53,417 nucleotides of DNA, taken from Planctomycetota bacterium. Its GTDB lineage: Bacteria; Planctomycetota; PUPC01; JABMSA01. The stretch covers positions 1 through 53,417 of the forward strand of contig DATLAR010000068.1 in NCBI GenBank assembly GCA_035527355.1. The letters run 5' to 3'. Numbering within the stretch: position 1 is the stretch's first letter; each line of letters starts with the position of its first letter. The notes below the pieces were generated by a model that worked only from the letters and a program-made list of their open reading frames with translations, had not been told where the DNA came from and made no database searches. The position numbers were made by a program, and so were the translations under genes. Shown here in pieces: positions 26,350-34,558 of the stretch.

Positions 26350-27239
26350 CCTCGCATGTAATCGCGGTTCTTTGCCAGCTTCTCGCGCGTCTCTTCCACC
26401 AGCATCTGGAATGCCGGATGGTCGCTGGGCCACGAGCGGTCTTCGTAGCGGCCATCCTTCATCTTCGTCAGCTCGGGCAGCACGTCTTTGAAGTAGCTGC
26501 CGTAGATGTGGAAGGAATCGCTCTGGTCCATGTAGCGACCGACGCGAACGGGCCGGTTGATCTTTTTCGAGATGCGCTCGGCAACGATGCGCTGGAGGTC
26601 GGTGAGCGCGTAAACGTTCATGAACCACGCTTTGTAGGCGTCGCGCGACCGCCAGCTCGTGTTGAGGTTCAGCACCGGCTCGCCCGCTTCGTTTGGCAGC
26701 AGCCTGAACCACAGCCGCTGGAGGCAGGGCGGATCTTCGGTTTGCGGGTCGGCGGTGGGCATCCAGGTAACGGCCTGGATGCGGCGGCTGTGGCCGGCGG
26801 CGGCCGCCTTGTTCACTACGTAATCGATCTGGTTGATCGCTCGAAGCCGCGGCGCCTTCGGGTCGTTTATGTTTTCGGTGGGCGCGTAGTCAAAGATGCG
26901 CTCGTGATAGGTATAGGTCCATTTGTCGGGATCGGTCGCGTCGATCCAGTGGTCGTGGATGCCCTCCACCACCTCCTGGCGATAGACTTCAAGCTCTTCG
27001 GGGCCGCCGGGGAAGTTCTTGTGGATGCGCGGCTCGCCAAACGGCTCGCGCACCTCGACCATCATCGTGCAGTCGCGGCTGGGCGGGTCGATGAAGCTGC
27101 CTTGGGCGTCTTTGCGGTCGTACTCGGTCCGGATGTCTACGCCGTTTTCCCAGCAGGCCAGGATCGCCTTCTCCCAGGCTTCGGGCAGGGTGCGACCGGA
27201 AACGAAAAGGATGGGAATGTTGCCGCCATTGGTATTCAT
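26346..27239 (-). CDS. thymidylate synthase family protein, divergent (archaeal-like) type
   Basis: INQIDYVVNKAAAAGHSRRIQAVTWMP..DPPCLQRLWF..WRSRDAYKAWFMNVYALTDLQ..SDSFHIY aligns by eye with E. coli ThyA [60 protein letters not shown] (catalytic Cys, RR, Asn, His/Tyr). Start at ATG 27239; the track start 27266 is a TTG inside nagB. Confidence 0.85.
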   Translation of the reverse strand: MNTNGGNIPILFVSGRTLPEAWEKAILACWENGVDIRTEYDRKDAQGSFIDPPSRDCTMMVEVREPFGEPRIHKNFPGGPEELEVYRQEVVEGIHDHWIDATDPDKWTYTYHERIFDYAPTENINDPKAPRLRAINQIDYVVNKAAAAGHSRRIQAVTWMPTADPQTEDPPCLQRLWFRLLPNEAGEPVLNLNTSWRSRDAYKAWFMNVYALTDLQRIVAERISKKINRPVRVGRYMDQSDSFHIYGSYFKDVLPELTKMKDGRYEDRSWPSDHPAFQMLVEETREKLAKNRDYMRG

Positions 27240-27255
27240 TGGTGAGGGTTCTTCC

Positions 27256-28071
27256 TTACATGCCAAGCCGTGCGCGAATCTGCTGCGAGATCACCTTGTT
27301 CACAAGATGCTTGTTTTCCTGAATCCATCGATAGTAATCGCGGCGTTTGAGGGCGGATGCGGCTTCTTCATCGAGGATGTAAACCGCATCGGGATGAAGC
27401 TGCAGAACAGACGCGGTAACCGAGGCGGTTACGGGCCCTTCCACGGCGGCGGCTGCCACGTCGGCCTTGGCCGCGCCCGTGGCAACAAGGATGATGTGGC
27501 GTGCCTCCATTATGGTGCCCACGCCCATGGTGATGGCGAAACGCGGCACCTCCTCCTCACGCGCAAAAAACCGGGCGTTGTCGGCGATTGTTTCGCGTGT
27601 GAGCGTTTTGACGCGCGTGCGCGAGCCGAGCGACGAGCCGGGCTCGTTGAACCCGATGTGGCCGTCGCGGCCGATGCCCAAAAGCTGGATGTCGATTCCG
27701 CCGGCGGCCTTGATCTCTTGCTCGTATGAATCGCAGAAGCCGGCGGGGTCCAGCACCAGGCCCGAAGGCACGTGGATGTTTCCCTTGTCGATGTTGATGT
27801 GGCGAAAGAGGTTTTCATACATGAAGTGGTAGTAGCTCTGCGGGTGCGTGGGCGGCAGGCCGAGGTATTCGTCGAGGTTGAAGGTTACTACCTTCGAGAA
27901 ATCCAGCCCGCCCTCCTTGTGCCGCCGTGCAAGCTCGCGGTATGCGATCAGCGCGGTGCTGCCGGTGGCGAGGCCAAGCACGAGGTTGGGCTTTCGCAGG
28001 ATTTGGGTGGTTATGACGTTTGCCGCGAATAGACCCGCCTTTTCGGCGTTCGCTTCAATGATGACTTCCAT
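27256..28071 (-). CDS. nagB: glucosamine-6-phosphate deaminase
   Basis: Start at ATG 28071 (MEVIIEANAEKAGLFAA). LGLATGSTALIAY, FNLDEYLGL, LLGIGRDGHIGFNEPGSS motifs. The 113-codon upstream extension in the track is out-of-frame overlap with the kinase gene. Confidence 0.92.
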   Translation of the reverse strand: MEVIIEANAEKAGLFAANVITTQILRKPNLVLGLATGSTALIAYRELARRHKEGGLDFSKVVTFNLDEYLGLPPTHPQSYYHFMYENLFRHINIDKGNIHVPSGLVLDPAGFCDSYEQEIKAAGGIDIQLLGIGRDGHIGFNEPGSSLGSRTRVKTLTRETIADNARFFAREEEVPRFAITMGVGTIMEARHIILVATGAAKADVAAAAVEGPVTASVTASVLQLHPDAVYILDEEAASALKRRDYYRWIQENKHLVNKVISQQIRARLGM

Positions 28072-29785
28072 GACTTGTCCCTGGTTCCTGGTGTGGACTG
28101 CGAAATTTCTGCACGCCGGGCCGCGAGACGGCCGGCAGATGAATGGTGAAGGTGGAGCCCTGGCCGGGCTGTGTTTGAACGTCGATCGAGCCGCAGTGCT
28201 CCTTGACGGTCTTTGCCACCACGGCGAGGCCGAGGCCGGTGCCCTTCGAGCCCTTCGTGCTGCAGAAGGCCTCGAAGATGCGCGCTTGCACGTCGGGCGG
28301 GATTCCGCAGCCGTTGTCGGTGACGGCGATGAAAACGCGCTTGGCCTGCTCGTCTTTGCCGATCTTGATGGATATTCTGCCTTTGCCCGATTCGACGGCA
28401 TCGATTGCATTGGTGAGAATGTTCAGCAGGCAGCGTACGATGCCTTCGGCGTCTATCTCGGCGCTCGCCTTCTGCTCGTCGAGGTTATGCTCGATGGCGA
28501 TGGCCTTCTCTTCGAGCAATGGCCCGCTGAGGTCGATGACGTCGCGCACCACCTCGCCGAGATCGCATTTTTCGTACAGCGGCTGGCGCTCCTTGCAATA
28601 GCTGAGCATGTCCATCACGAGGCCGGAGAGTTTGCGCTCGTTTCGCCGAACGATATTCCAGCCCTTTTCCAGCGAGGCCAGGTTCTTCTCTTCGAGTGCC
28701 TTCTGCACCAGTTGCCCGCCGCCCTGCATGCACATCAGCACGTTCTTGATGTAGTGCGAGAGGTTTGCCAGGGCCTCGCCCAGCACCGCAAGCCGCTCGG
28801 CGCGGACGTTTGCCTCGTATAGCTTCGCGTTTTCAATGGCCACGCCGGCTTCGTTTCCCAACGCCGTGAGCAGCTCCAGATCGCTGCGGTTGAAGGTGCC
28901 CGAGGAAATCTTCGTGTCAACGTAGATTATGCCGATGGTCTGCTCTTTGTAGCGGATGGGCACGCACATAGCAGAGCGGATGTGGAATGCGGCGACGCTC
29001 TCGCCGCTGGAGAAGCGGTCGTCGCTCATTGCATCTGACGTGAGTATGCCGCTGCCCCGCTGCAGCACCTGGTTTACGATCGTGCGGCTGAGCACGAGCC
29101 GCACGTCCTTCTCCTCTTCGCGTGCGCGGATCACCTTTGGCACGAGATTGGGCGAGGGCGTCGGCGAGGCCGACGGTGACGACGAGGCCGACGGCGACAA
29201 CGGCTGGTTTTCGACAACCATCAGCACGCCCCTGTCGGCCAGTGTCACTTCGAATATCTGGTCCATGATCCGCTCGAATAGCTTTGGCAGATCAAACGTG
29301 GAATTGAAGACGCTGTTGACGCGGTAGAGGGCCCTGAGGTTTCGATGCGCGGCCGCCAGCGAATCGAGGCTGACCTCGCCCAGATCAACATCGAAAATGG
29401 TAGAACCCTCCGAGCTGCGGACCGTCTCGCGGATGGTGGGCCCGGCACCGGGCTCGTCGCTCACAAGACGCACCACTGTATCGGTCGACGGCTGCATCTG
29501 GCTGAAATGGAAGACCATTTCGGTATCGCCAACCCGCAAGAGGTCGCCATTCTTGATCACAGCGGCGTCTACGGGCAGTTCATTGATGAACGTGCCGTTG
29601 GTGCTGCCGAGGTCGCGCACTATTATCTTGCCGGCCGACCTCACCACTGCGGCGTGCCGGCTGGAAACCTTATCGTCGTAGAGGATCACCTCGTTCGACC
29701 GCGATCGGCCGATACTGAACGATTCCTCCTGAAGCTTGAAAAGGGTGCCTTCCTGCGGCCCCTTCATTATCTTGAGTTGAATCAT
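28055..29785 (-). CDS. cytoplasmic FHA - GAF - histidine kinase (HisKA + HATPase_c)
   Basis: ATG 29785 with GGGAGG 6 nt upstream. FHA: FSIGRSRSNEVILYDDKVSSRHAAVV..LGSTNGTFIN. GAF: region around SAMCVPIRYKEQTIGIIYVD. H-box: LGEALANLSHYIKNVL. ATP-binding boxes: NLLNILTNAIDAV, DNGCGIP, GTGLGLAVV. No TM segment. Confidence 0.9.
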   Translation of the reverse strand: MIQLKIMKGPQEGTLFKLQEESFSIGRSRSNEVILYDDKVSSRHAAVVRSAGKIIVRDLGSTNGTFINELPVDAAVIKNGDLLRVGDTEMVFHFSQMQPSTDTVVRLVSDEPGAGPTIRETVRSSEGSTIFDVDLGEVSLDSLAAAHRNLRALYRVNSVFNSTFDLPKLFERIMDQIFEVTLADRGVLMVVENQPLSPSASSSPSASPTPSPNLVPKVIRAREEEKDVRLVLSRTIVNQVLQRGSGILTSDAMSDDRFSSGESVAAFHIRSAMCVPIRYKEQTIGIIYVDTKISSGTFNRSDLELLTALGNEAGVAIENAKLYEANVRAERLAVLGEALANLSHYIKNVLMCMQGGGQLVQKALEEKNLASLEKGWNIVRRNERKLSGLVMDMLSYCKERQPLYEKCDLGEVVRDVIDLSGPLLEEKAIAIEHNLDEQKASAEIDAEGIVRCLLNILTNAIDAVESGKGRISIKIGKDEQAKRVFIAVTDNGCGIPPDVQARIFEAFCSTKGSKGTGLGLAVVAKTVKEHCGSIDVQTQPGQGSTFTIHLPAVSRPGVQKFRSPHQEPGTSHGSHH

Positions 29786-29977
29786 CGCAGCCTCCCGAAC
29801 GCAGTTCGAGCAGTAACGGGCAACCCGGCGCATTTTGCGCAACGCTGCCGCGCACAACGCATGGCTTTGGAAACTGCACCAATTATATAAAAGAAAAACG
29901 ACAAGTTAAAGGAGGTTTTGTCGCAGAATAAGCGACTGAAGGGAACGTGCAGCGTCGGGCCGGCAGCCTGGCCGTTT

Positions 29978-31150
29978 TCAGCCAAGACCAGGCGCAGACT
30001 GCCGCCGCAGAATGTGCGGCCAAAGGGCGTACTTGAAGGTGCCGCCGCTCGTCTCCACCTGGCCCAGCAGCCGCTTTGCCGCCAGCTCGCCTGCCCGCTC
30101 GCACGGAAACGCCAGAGTGGTAACGCCCATATGCCGAAGCGACTGCAGATCATCGCAGCCGATGAGAGCAAAATCGCTGCCGTATTTCAGCCCCCGCCCG
30201 AGCAGGCAGCCTGCCATGCCTGCCGCCAGCTCGTCACTTAGAGCTATGATAATGGTTTGAGAATCGAGATGCTCTTCTATCTTCGCCACCAGCTTGACGT
30301 CATCGTGCGACGTGCCTCGATGCGGCAGCTCCACAGTGCGCACCGCTCGCCTGCTGATGCCGAATGCCTTGGCGCCGTTCTCGAAGCCGAGAATGCGCTG
30401 GCGGATAATATCGTCGGATTTGTCGCTGCCCGCGAGGACAAAGCGCCGGTATCCATGCGACACCGCGTGCTGCGCCGCGAGGAATCCCGCTCTGGTTTGA
30501 TCGAAACAGATGCTGTCGCAGTGGAGCTGGCAGGGGCAGGTGCTCACTGAAACGGTTGGCAGGCAGGATCTCTCGACGAGCGCGCAAAGGTTGGCATACG
30601 CCGCCGGATCGGGAAGCATGTCGAAAAGCGCCACACCATCGAGCTTGAATGAATTGGGGCTGCCGAAAAAGGATTCGGCATCGGCTACCGCGATGTAACG
30701 AACTGTGCCGCCCGAGCGGTTTACCGTGATCTCAAAACTGCTGGCCACGCGATTGATAAAAGAGGCAGACGCCGGCGTACCGTCATCCTGAAACACCACC
30801 GCCATTTGCTTCTCGGCCGCCGGTGCACCGGCCTTCTTCCGCTCGGGGGCGCTCTCAGATGGGCGGCTGCCGACAAACGTGCCGCGGCCCGGTATGCGCC
30901 GCACCATCTTCTTGCTCACAAGCAGGCCAAAGCCCTTCTTCACCGTAACGGCGCTTATGCCCAAAAGCTTGCATAGCTCTGCCTCCGTTGGCAGGGCTTC
31001 GTTCGGAAGAAAGCTGCCCGCCGATATCAGCGCTTCTATCGACTGTGCGAGCTGTATGTACATCGGGAGGCGCTTCTTCCTGTCGATTAACCCGGCAATA
31101 CTGGCTGAATCCATTGCTGCCATATTTGTACCTGCTCTTCCATATTGCAT
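29978..31150 (-). CDS. GntR-family HTH regulator fused to a LacI-type periplasmic-binding-protein-like sugar-binding domain
   Basis: N-terminus LPMYIQLAQSIEALISAGSFLPNEALPTEAELCKLLGISAVTVKKGFGLLVSKKMVRRIPGRGTFV is a GntR wHTH. The C-terminal ~270 aa show the LacI/PBP type-1 pattern (ALFDMLPD..., GFENGAKAFG, ALIGCDD). Start ATG 31150 fits the promoter at 31179-31206. Confidence 0.85.
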   Translation of the reverse strand: MQYGRAGTNMAAMDSASIAGLIDRKKRLPMYIQLAQSIEALISAGSFLPNEALPTEAELCKLLGISAVTVKKGFGLLVSKKMVRRIPGRGTFVGSRPSESAPERKKAGAPAAEKQMAVVFQDDGTPASASFINRVASSFEITVNRSGGTVRYIAVADAESFFGSPNSFKLDGVALFDMLPDPAAYANLCALVERSCLPTVSVSTCPCQLHCDSICFDQTRAGFLAAQHAVSHGYRRFVLAGSDKSDDIIRQRILGFENGAKAFGISRRAVRTVELPHRGTSHDDVKLVAKIEEHLDSQTIIIALSDELAAGMAGCLLGRGLKYGSDFALIGCDDLQSLRHMGVTTLAFPCERAGELAAKRLLGQVETSGGTFKYALWPHILRRQSAPGLG

Positions 31151-31178
31151 CCGCGTACTTTTAGCGGGCTATCCGAAT

Positions 31179-31206
31179 ATTCTAACATATGTTTTGCTTT
31201 TGTCAA
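31179..31206 (-). promoter_or_regulatory. near-consensus sigma70 promoter of the GntR/LacI-hybrid regulator gene
   Basis: Minus strand: TTGACA (31206-31201), 16 nt, TAGAAT (31184-31179). The spacer contains the palindrome AACATATGTT. Confidence 0.5.
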
Positions 31207-31293
31207 CATGAAAACAGGCGCACCCTTCAGCCAATCTATGCAGAGAATCATAAGTCTGCGTTCATTTCATCGTGCTGTTCAGGTTGGGGCAGC

Positions 31294-34200
31294 TTAGCCT
31301 TCAAACCGCAGCGATTCCACCGATTGCGCCTCAATGGTGAGAGCGGTCTCGTCTTCGGTCACTCTTCCCGTCACCGCCAGGAAACCGCCCGACAGCACGT
31401 GTGCGAATCGGCGATAAACATCCGGGAAGAAGACGACCTCCACCACGCCGGTGCGGTCTTCGAGGCTGATGAATTTCATCCGCTCATTACTTGCGGTGGT
31501 AGTACCTTTGGTGGATATCACCACGCCGGCAATTGTAACGTATCTGTTTGCGAACTTGTGAAGCTCCGTTGCCTTGGTAAACCTGCCCGAATCGTATTCA
31601 GCCTCAAACAGCGAAAGGGGATGAGCCGTAACGCAGAAATCTAGAACCCGCCGCTCGTGGTTCAGCTTGGCCGCGAGCGGGTAGTCCGGGATGTCCGGCA
31701 CGGGCGCGTCGGCTTCGTCATCGATGCCAAACAGCCCCACCGCGGGCACGCCGGCCTTCTGCTCGCGCCTCACAGCCGCGTGCAGAGTTTGCAGCCGCCA
31801 CAGCTTCTGCGGCCGGTTGCCCTGCCCCAGGTCGTCCATTCCGCCGCACTCGATCAGGCTCTCGCACTCGCGCAGCGAAATGGGAACGCGGCGCAGGAAA
31901 TCGGCCATCGAGCGGAACCCGCGTGCCGCCCGTTGCGACAGAATCGATTCCACGGCCCGCGTAGTGAGCGACTTTACGAACGAGAGGCCGGTTCGCACTG
32001 CGTTGCCTTCCGCTGTGAAAACCGGTTCGCTGCGGTTCACGCTGGGCGGCAGAATGCCGATGCCCAGCCTGCGTGCCTCCTCCACGTATGCCCATGTGCC
32101 GTAGTAGCCGCCCCGGTTGGCCAGCACGGCCGCCATGAATTCCGCCGGCCAGTGAGCCTTCAGGTAGCCCGCCTGCCACGATAGCCGCGCGTACGAAGCG
32201 CTGTGCGCCTTGCAGAACGCATAGCCCGCGAAGCCCTCCACCTGCCGCCATATCTCGGCGGCAACGTCGTCGGCAATGCCGTTTGCCTTCGCGCCCGAAA
32301 GGAACCGCTCCCTTTGCTGCGCAATTCCCTCGTAGCCGCGCTTCTTGCTCATCGACCGCCGCAGGTTGTCGGCCTCGCCCAGCGACATTCCGCCGATCGC
32401 GCTCGCTACCTTCAATATGTCTTCCTGGTAAAGCATCACGCCAAACGTCTCTCTCAGGATCGGCTCGAGCTTCGGATGGAGGAACGCCGCCGGCTCTTTG
32501 CCGAGGTAACGCAGGATGAATGCCGCCGCCATTCCGGTATCGGCGGGGCCGGGCCTGATCACCGAGCTGGCCGCGGTGATGATCTCGAAATTGTCGGCTC
32601 GCAGTTTCTGCAGCAACTGCCTCATCCCCGGCGACTCAACCTGAAAGCAGCCAATCGTGGCGCCGGTGCGAAACAGTTGCATCGTTGCCTCGTCGTCGGC
32701 CGGTAAGGCTTCGATATCAACCTCCACGCCATGCCTGTGCCGCACGGCCTTCACGGTGTCGTCGATCACGCTGAGCGACCGCTGCCCGAGCAGGTCCATC
32801 TTCACAAGGCCCAGGTCCTCGATGGGATGCATATCGTACTGGGTGATGATAACGCCCTTTGCCGCGTATTGCAGCGGCACGAAATCGGTGATCGGCCCGT
32901 GAGCGATCACCAGGCCGCCCGCGTGGATCGACAGGTGCCGCGGAAAACCGTCGATCGCGCGGCCGATATCGAGGATGCTTTTCAGCGGCTCGCGGTCGAT
33001 CGGCAGGCCTCGGTATTCGGGCATCGTGGCCACGGCGTGCTCCACGTCTTCCACGCCGCCGTAAGGCAGCCGCGCCGCAAGCACGCTGATCTCGCCGGGC
33101 GACAGCCCAAGCGCGCGGGCGATGTCGCGGATCGCCGAGCGGGCGCCGAACGTGTTGTGCGTTGAAATCATCGCCACGCGGTCTTCGCCGTACTTGTCGA
33201 ATACATACTGGAGCATCTCGTCGCGGCGCCGCCAGCAGAAATCGAGGTCGATATCCGGCGGGTCCTTTCGCTGTGGATTGAGGAATCGCTCGAAATAAAG
33301 ATTGTGCTCGATCGGGTCCACCCGCGTGATATCCAGCACGTATGCCACGATGCTGTCGGCCGCGGAACCGCGGCCCACTATCGGCACGCCGCGCCGCTTG
33401 GCCTCTTCCACAATGTCCCACACGATCAGGAAATAATCGGCGTAGCCCATTGCGATGATCACGCTCAGCTCGTAATCGACGCGGTGCCGCACCACGTCGG
33501 CAAGCGTGCCGTATTTCCGGCGCGCGCCGCCATAGGCCACGGCCCGCAGCCAGCTCTCGGCCGTCTCGCCGGGCGGCGTGGCAAATTTCGGAAACCGCGT
33601 TTTGCCCAGCTCCAGCTCCACGTTGCAGTCGCCGGCGATCTTGGCCGCATTGCCGATGGCCGGCTCCCACGGGCCTGTTTCCTGCTTCATCCGCTCCGGC
33701 GGTTTCAGCCAGCAGTCGATACCGGCAAACTCGGACGCCGGCAGCGACTCGACGGACGTATTGTTGTCGATGGCGCGAAGCACCTGGTGGATTCTGTATT
33801 CGTGCGGGTTTGCGAAATGCACGTCGTTGGCGGCAACTATCGGAATGAGCCGCCCGCCGGCCCAGCGTGCGATCTCGTCGCGCCGGCGGGCTTGGGCGGC
33901 ATTCTCCGCCGGATGCAATTCAAGATATACGCGCGGCCGGTGGCCATACTCCTGCAGCCGCTCGGCAAGCGAGCGCTCCCCCACGATGACGATCACATTT
34001 TCGCTGGCCTGGCAAATGGCGGTGAACAGATCGAAATGCTCTGACAGATGGCGTGCGGTCACTATCTTGCACAGCTCGGCATAGCCGGCTCGATTGCGTG
34101 CGAGGAAGATTGCAGCGCCTGGCATGCCGGCGGGATTTGGCTCGCGTCCGACATTGGCCGCGCCCTGCGTCTGCTCGCTCACGAGCGCGAGCGGCGCGTT

Positions 34201-34410
34201 GCCGCCGACGACGAGTTCGGTGCCGATTATCGGCTTGATGCCCTGCTCGATGCACGCCCGGTAAAACGGGATCACGCCGTACATGCCGTTGGTATCGGTG
34301 ATGGCAAGCGCCTGCATGCCGCGTGCCTTCGCCGCGGCCACGAGATCGCCCACGCGGCTGGCGCCGCGAAGGAATGAGTAATTGCTGTGAACATGCAGGT
34401 GAGCAAACAT
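31294..34410 (-). CDS. dnaE2: DNA polymerase III alpha-subunit family, DnaE2 (ImuC)-like error-prone polymerase
   Basis: 1038 aa. PHP N-terminus MFAHLHVHSNYSFLRGASRVGDLV; the SFLRGAS signature is typical of DnaE2 rather than replicative DnaE1 (SLLDG). The protein ends about 60 aa after the OB-fold (YVTIAGVVISTKG...ISLEDRTGVVEVVFFP), so it lacks the DnaE1 C-terminal tau-binding region. Confidence 0.88.
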   Translation of the reverse strand: MFAHLHVHSNYSFLRGASRVGDLVAAAKARGMQALAITDTNGMYGVIPFYRACIEQGIKPIIGTELVVGGNAPLALVSEQTQGAANVGREPNPAGMPGAAIFLARNRAGYAELCKIVTARHLSEHFDLFTAICQASENVIVIVGERSLAERLQEYGHRPRVYLELHPAENAAQARRRDEIARWAGGRLIPIVAANDVHFANPHEYRIHQVLRAIDNNTSVESLPASEFAGIDCWLKPPERMKQETGPWEPAIGNAAKIAGDCNVELELGKTRFPKFATPPGETAESWLRAVAYGGARRKYGTLADVVRHRVDYELSVIIAMGYADYFLIVWDIVEEAKRRGVPIVGRGSAADSIVAYVLDITRVDPIEHNLYFERFLNPQRKDPPDIDLDFCWRRRDEMLQYVFDKYGEDRVAMISTHNTFGARSAIRDIARALGLSPGEISVLAARLPYGGVEDVEHAVATMPEYRGLPIDREPLKSILDIGRAIDGFPRHLSIHAGGLVIAHGPITDFVPLQYAAKGVIITQYDMHPIEDLGLVKMDLLGQRSLSVIDDTVKAVRHRHGVEVDIEALPADDEATMQLFRTGATIGCFQVESPGMRQLLQKLRADNFEIITAASSVIRPGPADTGMAAAFILRYLGKEPAAFLHPKLEPILRETFGVMLYQEDILKVASAIGGMSLGEADNLRRSMSKKRGYEGIAQQRERFLSGAKANGIADDVAAEIWRQVEGFAGYAFCKAHSASYARLSWQAGYLKAHWPAEFMAAVLANRGGYYGTWAYVEEARRLGIGILPPSVNRSEPVFTAEGNAVRTGLSFVKSLTTRAVESILSQRAARGFRSMADFLRRVPISLRECESLIECGGMDDLGQGNRPQKLWRLQTLHAAVRREQKAGVPAVGLFGIDDEADAPVPDIPDYPLAAKLNHERRVLDFCVTAHPLSLFEAEYDSGRFTKATELHKFANRYVTIAGVVISTKGTTTASNERMKFISLEDRTGVVEVVFFPDVYRRFAHVLSGGFLAVTGRVTEDETALTIEAQSVESLRFEG

Positions 34411-34558
34411 CCGCTTCCTCGGCCCTCCTCCCTTCTGTGCGTAACTCCGGCCTCAGTCCGCCTCCACAACGGCCGCACCGGCTAACGTTTCCTCAGGCAC
34501 CCATACAGACACGGCCGAGGGCGGCCGTGCCACAACGTGCCTCCGGCACCCGGCACTC

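Noticed and set aside
34411-34558. Search for a LexA/SOS box upstream of dnaE2
   Set aside because: I saw no CTGT-N8-ACAG, GAAC-N4-GTTC or GTTC-N7-GTTC-type palindrome by eye. There is only a GC hairpin (CACGGCCG-AGGG-CGGCCGTG), which is more likely the terminator of the upstream gene. The lineage-specific LexA motif is unknown to me, so this is a weak negative.
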